Source of the DNA: Chiloscyllium plagiosum
Lineage: Eukaryota
Direction of reading: 5' to 3'
NCBI RefSeq assembly: GCF_004010195.1
Contig: NC_057719.1
Location: forward strand, 9,525,112 to 9,589,111
DNA: 64,000 bases
Below, in pieces: positions 1-13,194 of the stretch; within the stretch, counting starts at the first letter, position 1, and each line of letters begins with the position of its first letter. The position numbers and the translations under genes are program-made. The notes under the pieces are model-generated. The model worked only from the letters and a program-made list of their open reading frames with translations. It was not told the origin of the DNA and made no database searches.

Positions 1-12
1 GTTGCACATTTA

Positions 13-668
13 GAGTCACAGAGAAACACAGTCCGGAAACAGACCCTTCGGTCCAACTCGTCCATGCCGACCAGATATCCTAAACTAATCTAGTCTCATG
101 CGTGGCACAGTGGTTAGCACTGCTGCCTCACAGCGCCAGAGACCTGGGTTCAATTCCTACCTCAGGCAACTGACTGTGTGGAGTTTGCACATTCTCCCTG
201 TGTCTGTGTGGGTTTCCTCTCACAGTCCAAAAAATGTGTAGTTTATGTGAATTGGCTGTGCTAAATTGCTCGTAGTGTTAGGTGTAGGGAATGGGTCTGG
301 TTGGGTTGTGCATTGGAGTGGACCTGTTGGGCCAAAAGGCGTGTTTCCACACTGTAAGTAATCTAATCTAATTTGCCAGCATTTGGCCCATATCCCTTGA
401 AACCCTACCTATTCATATATCCATCCAGATACCTTTTAAATGTTGCAATTGTACCAGCCTCCACCACTTCCCGTGGAGGCTCATTCCATACATGCACCAC
501 CATCTGTGTGAAAAAATTGCCCCTTAGCTCCCTTTTAAATATTTCCCCTCTCACCTTAAAGCTATGCCCTCTAGTTTTGAACTCCCTCACCCCAGGGAAA
601 AGATCTTGGCAATTCATCCTATCCATGGCCCTCATGATTTTCTAAGCCTCCGACGCGCCAGGGAAAAC
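13..668 (-). mobile_element. CR1/HER1-type LINE 3' end, interrupted by an HE1 SINE
   Basis: ORF 405-635 (TRGHSFKVRGEIFKRELRGNFFTQMVVHVWNE) is the CR1 ORF2 C-terminus. The 3' UTR continues at 13-96. Confidence 0.9.
101..372 (+). mobile_element. HE1-type tRNA-derived V-SINE
   Basis: tRNA-like head (tggcacagtggttagc...ggttcaattcc), V-domain-like tgtgtggagtttgcacattctcc, LINE-like tail ending gtaatctaatcta. Confidence 0.85.
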
Positions 669-937
669 AGGGTTTCTGTGATCCAGGACTGCAAGGGGAG
701 ATAGTAATTGCTGGAAGAACTCCACAAATCTGTGGACAGAAAGCAGCGTTGATGCTTCAAGTCCAGTGGCCTTTCTTCAGAACTGATTGGAGCTGAGGAA
801 AAGTGGTGTATACGCTGATGACAGGGGTTTGGAGGGGGGGGGAGTAAACCAATAGGTGGATGTGGAGCCCAGAGAGCAAGAGAAAGCAAGCCAGGGAAAA
901 AGAAAAACTGAGAATGGGGACAATGAGTAGGTGGAAA

Positions 938-1200
938 TCATAGAATCTCTACAATGTCAAAGCAGGCCATTCAGCCCATACCAGTCCTTGCAAGACCCTC
1001 CCACCAAGAGTCAACCCCCTACCCCTGCAACCCTATGCACTATGGGCAATTTAGCACAGCCAGTCCACCTAACCTGTACATTTTTGTACTGTGGGAGGAA
1101 ACCCACACAGGCACGGGGAGAATGTGCAAACTCCACACAGACCGTCGCCCGAGGCTGGAATTGAACCTGGGTCCCTGAAGCTGTGAGACAACACTGTCAA
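938..1200 (-). mobile_element. HE1-type SINE
   Basis: Reverse complement of the same head, V-domain and tail as 101-372 (gagaatgtgcaaactccacacag). Confidence 0.8.
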
Positions 1201-2014
1201 CCTGTGGCGTTGGTTATATTAAAAGTAGCCCATGTGGTGACAGAAACTAGGGGCATGGGGGTGGATAAAAGACATGAAATGCCCCAAACTTGATGTTGAG
1301 CCCTGAGGACTGCAGGGTCCCCAAGCAGGAGACATGCTATTGTTCTCCCAGCTTGCGCTGAGTCTTGTTGGAGCACTGCAGCAGATCCAAAACACAGAAA
1401 TGTCTAGAGAGCAGTGATTTTTTTTCTTCACTCTTCTTTCCAGTGGGGATAAGTCCCAGCTTTTGGTCCCCTGTGTATCTATGCAGCAAGGACAGTTTCG
1501 TGCATATAAGGAGTTTAGATCCTACTGCTTTCTGTCAGCAGCAACACCCAATTTTAACATAAATTCTTAGTCTCCTCAAATAAGATAGCTGCCCTCATGC
1601 ATGTTTTACTTTATCATTCACTTATTTCTCTTATTCCTACAGTTGTCAATACACTCTCAAGGATGCAATTTAGAGTTGGTAAGAGGTAATCAGCCACAGG
1701 ACCACAGGCATCTCTCTGTTGACAATTGACAGTGTTTACATTGTGATCATTCAGCTTTTTTAAAATTCCAGATTATTATTAATTTCAAATTTCACTATCT
1801 GGCACGATGGGTTAAATTCCACCTTCTCGGAACATTAGCCTAGCATTCCAGATGACTAGTCCAGTGTCTTTACCATTTCGACATCACCTCCCCCATTCAA
1901 ATGATAGCACCTGTGCCAGCTTCCAAAGGTGACAGATATTTGCTTCCATCTCCCAACATCAAATATTTATCTATTTGCTTCTTTTTAGAAGATATGACAG
2001 TTCTGCTGGAGGAA

Positions 2015-2205
2015 GTCACATTTTGTCGAAGCTTTTCATCTTGCACTCATCAGGACATTCCCAAGGAATACCGAAGTAAAGACAGACAATCTTTCACACT
2101 GCAAGAGCAGAGAGCACGCTGATTGGTAGAGGTGTTACTGCGGAGATGTACCTGCTAGATGACAACTGACAGTTAACTACCAAGCTTTGTTTACGTTTTA
2201 AAAAT
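2015..2205 (-). mobile_element. Penelope-type terminal fragment with minimal hammerhead core (2024-2057)
   Basis: Minus strand: tgtc-CTGATGA-gtgcaagat-GAAAAGCTTC-gaca. Same family as the plus-strand fragment at ~4125-4390/5330-5430. Confidence 0.6.
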
Positions 2206-2322
2206 GAACTTTAAATTTACCCTCCCAGGGTAATCTGAGGAGGGCCAGGCAATCTTCAGGACTGCCTGCTCATGCACTGACAGTATATACAGGGAAAAGT
2301 AATCTCATCTGGGCAGCCACTG

Positions 2323-2680
2323 TGGGGAGGTGATGATCTAGTTGTATTATCACTGGACTATTAATCCAGAAGCTCAGGTATGTTCTGGGGACCAGGGTTC
2401 GATGGTAGAGGGTGGAATTTAAATTAAATATGAAGAAACAAAATCTGTACTTTAGAGACTAATGATAACCATGAATCTATTGTTGATGTTGGGAAAAGCC
2501 CATCTGGTTCACTAATGTCCTTTAGGGAAGGAAACTGTCATCCTTATCTGGTCTGGCTGCATGTGACTCCAGATCCACAGCAATGTGGTTGGCTCTTATT
2601 TGCCCTCTGGACAATTAGGGATGGGCAATGAATACTGGCCTGGCCAATGATGCCCTTATTCCATGAATGAGTAAAAGGAA
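2323..2680 (+). mobile_element. tRNA-derived SINE, second family (further copies near 11150-11480 -, 30220-30700 +, 41940-42240 +, 42745-43090 +, 49555-49830 -, 63720-63960 -)
   Basis: A/B-box-like head (gatggcctagtggta...gggttcgaatccc in better copies), shared core ccatctggttcactaatgtcctttagggaaggaaa, tail gggatgggcaataaatgctggcc. It recurs more than ten times in the window. Confidence 0.75.
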
Positions 2681-3226
2681 ACTACCGCATAGAATGGTTT
2701 TGATGGTCTCTATTTCAGTGCCAAGCTTATACAATCAGCAACTAATTTAAGCTCCATTTATGAAGTTGCTGATGAGGCTAGTCCTATAGAGCGAAGAATC
2801 ATAGGATTCCCGAGGCCATGTACTGACCAGGAAAGCTAGGTTTGCAGGTGACAGATGTAAAGATCACTCAACCAGCACAGCAAGGAAAGGAAGTTTGTCT
2901 GATTGCTCCATTTCAAGATGAAACTTGTCAAATTAGCTAAACCAGTCAAACCTTTGTCAAACTGATATCACATCTTCTAAGATTGTCTTTTCTATCCTGA
3001 AAGATGCCCAGTCCACTTCAGATTAAGGTAGAGTAAGGTATCTCAAACACTTGAGCCACCAGGTGAAGATAACAGCTACACACAGTGACTATGTAGAAGT
3101 AGTACTTGCCAATAACAGGATGATTCTGTCAAGCCAAGAAGGTGTTCTGCCTATCGCATATGATTAATGTGCTATATGAGTTTCAATGTTGGTGTGATGC
3201 CAGATCTGTAGACTGTACATCCCAAA

Positions 3227-3323
3227 TGCATTCCTGACGAAGGGCTCCAGCCCGAAACATCAATTTTCCTGCTCCTCGGATGCTGCATGACCTGCTATGC
3301 TTTTCCAGCAACACACTCTCAAC
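3227..3323 (+). mobile_element. Short Penelope-derived insertion beginning at a hammerhead core, with 15-bp TSD
   Basis: TSD actgtacatcccaaa at 3212-3226 and 3324-3338. The insert starts tgcattc-CTGACGA-agggctccagccc-GAAAC-ATC. Confidence 0.8.
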
Positions 3324-3631
3324 ACTGTACATCCCAAAGGCTGGTGGCTCATATCCAATTGCATGTTTACAACAGGACTTGTTTTAAGCCACTAGCATGT
3401 GAACCTTAATACAGAGTGTCCAATAATAGATGTGATTCTGCAATTAGGCAACACTTACTAGACAATCCTGAGTGTGCTGAGGAGTTATACAGACAATCAA
3501 TTTAGAATTGCTAATCGAGCTCGTATTGTGGGCATGCGTTTACTCAAATCTCCTCATATGCACAGCCGGGGCCCTATATTTTGCAGACAGAAAGAACATA
3601 CATTGTGGCCACTTCAACATTAAAAAGAAAG

Positions 3632-4120
3632 AGTAATAGAGATGTACAGCACAGCAACAGACCCTTCAGTTCAACTGGTCCATGCCAACCAGATATCTCA
3701 GCCCAATCTCATCTCATGTACCAGCACTTGGCCCTTATCCCTCTAAACCCTTCCTATTCACATAATCATCCAGATGCCTTTTAAATGCTACAATTGTACC
3801 AACCTCCACCACTTCCTCTGGCAGCTCATTCCATACACACACTACCCTGTGTGTGAAAAAATTGCTCTTTAGGACCTTTTATATCTTTCCCCTCTCACCC
3901 TGAACCTATGCCCTCAAGTTCTGGACTCCCCCACCCCAGGGAAAAGACTTTGTCTAGTTACCCTATCCATGCCCCTTATGATATTGTAAACCTCTATAAG
4001 GTCACCCCTCAGCCTCCGACGCTCCAGGAAAAACAGCCCCAGCCTATTCAGCCTCTCCCTGTAGCTCAACTCCTCAAACCCTGGCAACATCCTTGTAGAT
4101 CCTTTCTGATCACTTTCGAG
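3632..4120 (-). mobile_element. CR1/HER1 LINE 3' end
   Basis: ORF 3914-4141 LSYRERLNRLGLFFLERRRLRGDLIEVYNIIRG, followed by the 3' UTR. Confidence 0.9.
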
Positions 4121-4391
4121 TTTCAGGTGACAATCATTCACTGGTCAAGTCAGTGCCCTGAGTATCAATCAGAGTCAACCTGCCTGGTTTAAACTGAAAC
4201 AAAACTTGGCAGTTAACCATCAGTCATCATCCAAGTAGCACAGTACTTAGGTATATGTGACCAAAATAAATCAAATCACCTTTTCATTCCATGTGGCAAT
4301 GCTTCTACCAATCAGAGTCCACTAGCCTATCCATCATCACTCCCTTTTCATGCAGCATAACATGTTCCTTCCCTCTATACTGGCATTCCCA

Positions 4392-5330
4392 TGGAACTCA
4401 TTATTGACTTTTGGCGGGATGTCACTCATGTCCCCCTAGTCATGATTTGGAGATGCCGGTGTTGAATTGGGGTGGACCAAGTTAAAAATCACACAACACC
4501 AGGTTATAGTCCAACAAGTTTAATTGGAAGCACTAGCTTTTGGAGCGCCGCTCCTCAACTATCTGATGAAGAAGCAGCGCTCCAAAAGCTAGTGTGCTTC
4601 CAATTAAGCCTGTTAGATTATAACCTGGTGTTGTGTGATTTTTAACTATGTCCCCCTACATATTAACAGCACAAAGGTAGAATGAGTGGAGAGGGTCAAG
4701 CTCCTGGCAGTGGTCATCCAAACCAAGCTTTCTTGTACTCTTCATGTGGACGCACAGGTTAAAAAGGCCCAACAATGTCTCTTCTTCCTCAGGCAGCTGA
4801 GGAAATTTTGCCTGGTGGCGAATACCCTTACCAACTTTTATAGGTGCGCCATCAAGAGCATTCTGTCTGGATGTATCACTACCTGGTATGGCAACTGTAC
4901 TATTCAAGATCGGAGACGGTTACAGAGAGTGGCGAACTCGGCCCAGACAATCACAAAGGCCAACCTCCCATCTACAGAATCCATCGACCAGGCCTGCTGT
5001 CAAGGAAAGGCCGCCAGCATTCTCAAAGATCCATCCCACCCTGGGAATGTTTGTCTACAATCTCTACCATCGGGGAGAAGGTACAGAAGCCTGAACACGC
5101 GCACCAGCTGATTTTGAAACAGTTTCTACCCTCTTGTTGTTAGAATACTGAATGGACTCACAAACTCTTAACATTCGCCTGTACCTGTGTTTTTGTTTTT
5201 GCCGCTGTTTATCTATTGTTTACTTATCTAAGTTACCTAACTCTGTGATCTGCCTGTATTGCTGGCAAGACAAAGCATTTCACTGTGTCTCGGGACATGT
5301 GATAATAAATTCAATTCAATTCAATTCATT
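4392..5330 (+). mobile_element. Rex1/Babar-type LINE 3' end (degenerate ORF2 C-terminus)
   Basis: ORF 4686-5111 KKAQQCLFFLRQLRKF...NFYRCAIKSILSGCITTWYGNC...LQRV...DPSHPG...LPSGRRYRSL, typical of the Rex/Babar C-terminal domain. Ends aataaa(ttcaa)n. Confidence 0.8.
4439..4647. mobile_element. Palindromic non-autonomous element (arms ~4481-4646) with 11-bp TSD and degenerate hammerhead core; relatives at ~26455-26583 and ~61335-61530
   Basis: TSD atgtcccccta at 4428-4438 and 4648-4658. Arms gttaaaaatcacacaacaccaggttata...tataacctggtgttgtgtgatttttaac; centre CTGATGAagaagcagcgctcc(a)AAAGCTAgtg. Confidence 0.8.
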
Positions 5331-7851
5331 CTTGTGAATGTCCTGATGAATGCAAAATGAAATACATCGACACAATATGCCTTTTATTCAACAATACTCA
5401 AGTTCTATCCTACTAAATGACTACTTATAATCTGGTTTCTGGTTTTGGTAGGATGTTCTTAGGATAGACAATGTCTGCAGAATTTCTCCTACTCTGACAA
5501 ACCCTTGTGGGGATGGAAGTGGTTATGTTATCTGTCTATGCAAACAGATGTTCAGTCAAACAAAGCAAGGTATTCCCATCGAAAATCAACTTCCCCCTGT
5601 CCTTTCTGTAAAACAAAAATATCTTCCAACCTCTCCCATAGAAGCATGTACACGCGCATACATTTTGAGACAAACAGCAGTTCCAATAATGGCACTGGAA
5701 GTCTCCAACTGTTACATTGTCTTGGTTGAAAACTACCCATTAACTAGTCAACACTGATTCCTGTCTTTAAATCAGCTCTCTGTCCATGTTGTTAAATTTC
5801 TTTTCATGCTGTACACCTTCGGTTTATCAAACAAGACTCCACTGTGGCACCTTATCAAAAACCTTATGAAAAACATCTATACAACATTAACTGCATGTCC
5901 TTTATCAATACATTCCATTATTTCATCACAGAGCCTCATTAGGTTTGTCAGACATGACTTGGATTTTATGAATTCATACGTGCCAGCCCTAATTAACCTC
6001 AGTCTTTCTAGGTGAATATTAATTTAGTTGCACATTATAACCTTTAAAAATTTACCCACTGTCAACTACGAGGGTTGTTTATCCCCATTTTTCGAGTAAC
6101 ATTTCTGGAATGTTAACCTTAAACTACTAAAATGCAATTCCAAATATGGAATGATATTTAATCAATACAGGCATTCTAAATTTGTTTGTCCCTTAATGTT
6201 AATCAAGAATAACAAGCAGGATAGATGTAGGGAATTCATGAAATAGCATATTTAGATTTTCAGAAGGTATTCAATAAGATGTTATGTAAAAGGTTATTAC
6301 ACAAGACCTGAGCTCATGGGAGTAGTGTATTTATCGGGACTGAGAATTCATTAAAAGACAGTGGAATTCATTATCCCCCAGTGCTTGGACAATTTTAACA
6401 AGGAGATAGACAGATTTTGACCAGCAATGGGTTGAAGGAGAGTGGGTAGGCATGTGGAGTCAAGGCCATGATGAGATCAGCTGTGATTGTATTAAATGGC
6501 AGAGCAGGCTTGAGGGGCCGAATGGCCTACTCCTGCTCCTAGCTTTTGCAGTTTATGATGGAAAGCAGGGAATAGCAATGAATAGGAATATTTCTTCAGC
6601 ACTGCAAGTTGTGACTGGTGGACCAATGCTTCGGACTCAGCTTTTTACAATCTAGGGTAATCACTCAGATGAACTGAGTTTAATGAACCCAAGGTGGCTG
6701 ATGATAAAAAGTAAGCTATGAGGAGGCCAAAAAGAATCTGCAATGGAATGTTGACCAGTGCAGTGCTTGGGCAAGGAGCTTTAAGATTATTCGACAGAAC
6801 AGCAGAAATAAGAGCCGCTGTTAACTAAAAATACTACAAATCATTGTAGCAAATTGAAGAGTTGTCTCCTATTTTTAATGGGTACACCTCCCATTCATGC
6901 ATGAAAAGAGGCTTAGACAAATAAATCTAAATCTCCAATGGTCTTTAAGGGATGAAAACAATAAAACCAATTCCCTTTCAGAACAAAGAAACAAAGATTG
7001 GTGCGTTCATGTCTCCTCCAGCCCTGAAATGCAGTGTCACAGAGAAAAGATGAGGCTAGGAACACCGATGCATTTCAGAGGAAGCTAGGTAAGTATGGGA
7101 GAAAGGGTTGGAGGATATGGTCATAGAACGAGATCATGAGGGGTGTGCGGATGCACAGATAGAGCAGAAACAAATCCAAAAAAAAGCTGGGACAAATTAC
7201 TTGCTTCTGTCCTGCAAGTTTACTTCAAGGATTCAAAGATGTGCATATTCAACATATTTTGCACATTATAGAAAGACTCTCTTGCCTCACCAAAGACATG
7301 AGCTAGTGTCAAACAAAGGACTGCATACCCATAACTAAGACACAGTTGAGTGCCTACGTTTTCACAGAATTCCATCCATCAAACTGTTGGCACCAGTCAA
7401 TTGCTGCAACTTACATGAGCCCCTCCTGGGATTAGATGCGAGGTGCTTGTAAATTTCAAATAGAAAGCTGGGAAATTTAACTGCACTGCAGGACTGAAGC
7501 CAGCATTGCACATGCAGTTAAATCAGATACCACACTCAATCAGTACAGCGCCATTTGTGAAAGCACCGTGGGACAATTCAGTAAAGATCTTTGCAGGATA
7601 TTGTATTCCCTTAAGGGCGAAATGGAAAGCTGTTAAAGAGCTGTGGTTGCAGAGATTGACATAGATACACATCACACCAATAGCCTACAGTTCCCTGCTA
7701 TGATTCTCTGAGGGAATATTTTGCATCGGTTTACTGCAACTTTCTGCATAGTTTTCTGTAAGTCTGTGACTTTCCAGATAATCAGCGAGAGTCATCCTGT
7801 ACCATGAGAGAAGTATGGGTGTAGATCAATGTAAGAAAGAGCCAAAAGAAA

Positions 7852-8187
7852 TCATAGAATCCTTACAGTATGGAAGGAGACCATTCAGCCCATTGAGCCT
7901 ACACTGACCCCCCCAAAGAGCAGCCCCTCCAGACTCTCCCCCAGCCTTGTAGCCCTGCATTTCCAATGGATAGCCTGCACATTCCTGGACAATAGGGCAA
8001 TTTAGCATGGCTAATCCACCTAAGCTGCACATCGATGGACTGTGGGAGGAGACTGGAACACCCAGAGGAAACCCATGCAGACACAAGAAAGGATGTGCAA
8101 ACTCCACACAGGTTGTTGCCCGAGACTGGAATCAAACCTGGGTCCCTGGCGCTTTGAGACAGCAATGGTACATTGAGCCACCATGCC
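7852..8187 (-). mobile_element. HE1-type SINE
   Basis: Homologous to 101-372 in reverse orientation. Confidence 0.85.
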
Positions 8188-9662
8188 AGCCCAGAACTGG
8201 ACACTGCCATTGGTTCTTCAGCCAGCAGGTACAAGTCCATTGCCGAAGGAAGGTTCTGCTGAAAGTGGGCAAGTCACAGATTTAGTCAGTTCTTTAAATT
8301 TAACTGCTTGAAGATGGACTACAGTTAGCCTCAGTCCCTCATGATTAAGAAAGGAATGGTGAATGGGTGAAGATCATATCAACACCACCCAGCAGTGGCT
8401 TCTGCCAATAAGTGTGCACCTTGGACATCAGTGAGGACAGGTTTAGGTCAACCTACATCAGGATCAAAGGGCCAAGGAGCCCTGGCTATGGACAGAGATG
8501 GCCACTGACAATACAACACAAATCAGCACGCTGATGTGGCATAGCGATGTTTTCGATGGAGAGCTGTTTACTGAAAAATGTTTGGAATTATTCAATTGCA
8601 GTATTTAGACATTTCTGTCACAGAAGTATGTCTCAGAAATTATATTTGCATTTAAAAGCACTGTTCACACAAGCTGTCTGGCAGCTGGTAAAAATGGATT
8701 TGTTGCAAGTTTGTGATTGATGGCTGCATTTTACCTGTTATATTATTCTCATTGTTAATGGATTAAGGGTGGAGTGTGCAACATTGATTTCCAAACAAAA
8801 CAATCTTATAAATCAGAAAAAGACAATGCAAGGCAACAAGGAGAAACTCAAGACAGAGAGAGCCTTATCACTCAGAGGGAGGACATTAAAATCCACCATG
8901 TACCAGGGTCAAAGGCATTCATTGGGAGGTACGTGACTAATGTGGAGACCTCGGGCAGAATTTCCCTTTTCTGGAAGGTGGCCAAAGAAGAGGATAAAAG
9001 GGAGAAATAGTAGAGTGAGTTGGTCCTGGAGAGAGGTCATTAACTCAGCGATTAACTGCTGGGTAGATAGGTCGATCAAGGCCTTTGCTGACTTGTCGCC
9101 ACTGAAGTGATGGATTAATGGCTACACAAGTATCTCAATTCACCCCCTGCACCCCTGGGAAGCAAGGGCAAATTGTTTCCCGGGATGGAAGAAGACCTCC
9201 AATCTGGACAGGCATTGGAGGCATGGATTGGAGGCGGAAATGGAAGTGTCCCTGTAGGTTGGTCACTGCTGGTGCAGGGATGCGAATGACGAGGTGCTGT
9301 GACAGGGTGAGGCACTTGCTAACATTTCTTAGTCGCTAATTAACACAGCTTGCCCTCTGCACTCAGAAAAATAATGGGAAAATCATGCCTATAGTCGCTC
9401 ACTAAACCTGATTAAACCTATGTTGCCAGTTTCTTCAAAATAAAATTCTTCCTCCCTGATCCTCACTCACATGCGATGATGTTTGAAGAAGATTGGGTGG
9501 AATTTAATGCCCAACCCATGGTGTGTTTGGAGTAAAGAGGTCCATTTATTCAGGCAGATAGAGACTCCACCACTTTCCATTTTTACTTCAATTAAGACCA
9601 AGGCAGAAAGGCCCATTGACACCCATCCCACCTCTCCTCCATTTTATGTAAGTGGGCACTTG

Positions 9663-9892
9663 TGTAGTGATTACAGCAATGTCAGCCAGGTGGACCTCAT
9701 ATAATGGCTTGTTTGGGGCTGTTAACCTGATCCAGTCAGGGAGCCCTGGCTGACAGACATAAACAAGAGTGTGGGGGGTCCTACTCACTCTCGCAGCTGG
9801 CTCTGAGCTAGCTGGATCAGTGTCACATACTATGCATGTGTAAATATAAGGTGACTTGGTGATGGGATACTGGCCTTTATGAAGCTATTTCA
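9663..9892. mobile_element. Probable short solo LTR
   Basis: TG...CA termini (tgtagtga...tatttca) with TATA-like and polyA-like motifs inside. No clean TSD. Confidence 0.4.
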
Positions 9893-10442
9893 ATTAGTGT
9901 CCAGGTAAGACCCTTATCCCACTGCCATTGATGAACAGCCAGAGGCAGGTGGAGGATAAGCCACTCGCAAAATATTGTGTGATTCTGGGGTCAAGCTGAT
10001 TTAAAGGAACACCACTGTCTGACTGAGTGAGCTGGCATCAGGAAGTGTGGTGGTCACTGAGATCCAATCCCTTTGCTACCAACTCCTCTCTGTGGCCCCT
10101 GCCCTGTGACACTCACCTGTACCTGGGTACATCGACAACCTTGAGCCTCAGCTGTGTGCAGTACCAACAGTGACCACTATCTCCTTGGTGACGCTGTTGA
10201 GCAATAACAGGGGAATGTGGAGGAAACCTTCTTCTTCTGGGGTCCTTAATCCTGGGAAAAGCTTACTGCTGCCCAGTGACATGCCTGATAAGCACTCAAT
10301 GCAGTGAAACAATATCCTTGCCCCTTTAATACCATCCATTCTTTTCAAAAGATAAAAACATTGAAAATAGGCAGAGTCGGCAATGTGAGCCTGCTCTTGC
10401 CATGCCATTCAGTATAATTATGACTGATCATCCAACTAAGTC

Positions 10443-10521
10443 GGCGAAAGTGAGGACTGCAGATGCTGGAGATCAGAATCAAGATTAGAGTGGTGCTGGA
10501 ATAGCACAGCAGGTCAGGCAG
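10443..10521. mobile_element. Truncated Penelope-derived hairpin-family arm with 14-bp TSD, inside an old CR1 3' UTR
   Basis: TSD catccaactaagtc at 10429-10442 and 10522-10535. Insert is gactgcagatgctgg...gctggaatagcacagcaggtcaggcag. Confidence 0.75.
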
Positions 10522-11784
10522 CATCCAACTAAGTCCCCTGTTCCCAGTTTCTCCCTGCACCCTTTGATCCCTTTAGCCCCAAGAACTAAATGGAATTACT
10601 TTTCGAAAACATGCCAATGTGTTGCCCTCAACCACTTTCTGTGACAGAGAATTCTACAGGCTCAGCACTCTCTGGGTGAAGGAACTTCATACCTCAGTCC
10701 CAAGTGGCCTATTCAGTAGCCTTAGAATGTGACATCTAGTTCTAGAGTTTTGTATGGAATAGTTCAGAGTAAAAGACATATTCCCCATGCTCTTTAAACC
10801 TTTCTAAGAGTGTGCCATTTTAGAAAGCCTCTCCACTGAGCCTACTACAATGTGGGATCTTGCTGTATGCAAACTGACTGCCAATTTACCCGCATTAAAT
10901 CAATGGAAGCCCTTCAAAAGCACTTCATTAGTTGCACAGCTAAAGTCCTGAGGTTATAACAGAAGCTATAGAAATGCCATTTCTTTCCTCCTTTATTTTA
11001 CAGTAAGTGCTACTCTTAATCTTGGAACACTGTGGCTACAAGCAATCAGCCAATCCTCCAGCCCAAAATCTATTAAGAAATAACCTGGGTTGCAAAGTAC
11101 AGGGGAACTTTCTATCAAAGAAAGGATAGAGCTGGTTTCTTTGCATTTTTTAAATTATTTGTTCATGAGATGTGAGCATCACTGGCTAGGCCAGCATTGA
11201 TTGCCCATCATTAATTGGCTGGAGGACAGTTAAGAGTCAGCCATATTGCTGAGAGTCTGGAGTCACATGTAGGCCAGATCAGGTAAGGATGAAAGCTTCC
11301 TTCCTTGAAAAATATTAGTGAACCCAGATGGGTTTCTGCAACAATCAACAGAGGCTACATGGTCACCACTACGCTTTAATTGAATTCAAATTTTCCACGC
11401 TAGGATTTGAAAGCATTTTCTCAGATCATGAGTCTAAGATTCTGGATTACTAACCCAGTGACACTGCCACCATCTCCTGTCTAGCAGAATTTAAATATCA
11501 ACAGATGTTAAGGTGAGGCCAGCAGGATATTCAGTGAGTAGGCCATTAATTTTCAATGTGACTGAACCTGATGAAGAAATGGTTTCACTGGTCAATTGAA
11601 CACACTATCTAATTGAACACACATGAACCTTCCAGTTCAGCGAGCAAATCTAGATCCAGAACCTCAACCTGAGCTACAAGTCTTCTCAAAACACTACCTA
11701 ATGCTCAATTCTCTTGTATCACATACAAACAGCCTCAGAGTTTCTTATCCTCCATTTCTCATCATGCTTATAATGACTTAATGT

Positions 11785-11957
11785 CACTGAAATAAAGAAA
11801 TCCTGCTTCATGATCTTTGGGCTATCCATGGTTTAAATGGAAGAGGGAATGGATGATGGCTGCAGTGTATAGTTTTCTTTTAAGCTTTGCTTTGCTTTTA
11901 AAGGCAACAAGCGTGGATAGCCCAAAGATCATGAAGCAGGATTTCTTTATTTCAGTG
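11785..11957. repeat. Perfect 44-bp inverted repeat with 85-nt spacer
   Basis: 11785-11828 cactgaaataaagaaatcctgcttcatgatctttgggctatcca is the exact reverse complement of 11914-11957. It extends ~13 bp further outward with mismatches. Confidence 0.95.
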
Positions 11958-11981
11958 GTATCAAGTCATTTTAAACAATGC

Positions 11982-12306
11982 TGGGTGGCAGGGTGGCTCA
12001 GTGCCTGCCTCATAACGCAGGGACCCGGGTTCAATCCCAGCCTCAGGCAACTGTCTGCATAGAGTTTGCAAGTTCTCCCTGTATTATCATAGGTTTCTTC
12101 TGAGCGCTCTGGTTTCCTCCCACAGTCGACGATGTGCAGGTTAGGTGGATTGTCCTTGCTAAATTACCCATAGTATGTAGGCTAGGTGAATTAGCTATCA
12201 GAAATGTAGGGATAGGGAATGGGTATGGTTCTGGGTCTGAGTGGGATGCTCTTTGGAGGGTCAGTTTGGCTGAATGGCCTGCATCCACACTGTGGGGATT
12301 CTATGA
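11982..12306 (+). mobile_element. HE1-type SINE
   Basis: tRNA head gacccgggttcaatccc, V-domain, tail ccacactgtggggattctatga. Confidence 0.8.
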
Positions 12307-13194
12307 CGGGGAAACTAAGGATAAACAAGAAACTCTGAGCCTCTAAGTAAACGATGCAATAGAACTGAGCACTGGACTGTGTATTCAACTGACCAGTGAA
12401 CAGTTCTGGTTCGCAAGACCTGCTCCATTTCCATCTCTAAGCCACTTACTGTAATTCATTGAAGAGTAGCTTTGATCTGCTATTTCCTGAACATCCAGGT
12501 TGAAAATTCACAAAACAGCATTGAATAGACCAACAGCAAAATCAGCCTCCCCCAGATCCCCGCACCCCCAACGTATTCATTATTTGTCATCTCAGTCATT
12601 TCCTTATAATGAATACCAAGCCTTTTGATTTGGTAACAGTGAACAGCAGTAACTTGTTAATTCGATGCATTCAGATGGACAAAATCCTTTGGGAGACTTG
12701 CATTCCCCAACTACAAACCAATCCCTCGGTCTTCTCATTGCACCTCCGTGCTTACACAGACTTGCAGGTACCTCCATTAACATTCCCTCCGGAGTATTGG
12801 AACACATTATGCACTCGTTTCCTGACTTGACACTCCCGCACACATCTTTCCGACCAACACTACAGGATAAACCATGAACACATCACTAGAAACAGGACGT
12901 ATCAGCCTAGAAACAGTTCCAACATTCAATACAGATTTTCCACCTCAACTTCCCTTTCCCAATCTGTTGCCACTTCCATGGATTTTGTTAGCAATTCATA
13001 AGTGGCTTAAAAGAATGGATAAAATAAGGAAGTAATTCCACTGATCCTGTCCTTTTCCAAGGGGAATGAGCAGTTTACTCAGTCATGGGCTCTTTCTCTG
13101 TGCATTCAAATTAGGATTTGGTTCAGTGGTGAAATCACACCTTCATAGCAGGAGTTTGTAAAGTTGTGGTGCTTAGTGACTTCAGAGTGGGAGT

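Noticed and set aside
101..165. tRNA-like sequence with A and B boxes
   Set aside because: It is the head of an HE1 SINE, not a tRNA gene: no complete cloverleaf, and it runs straight into the SINE body.
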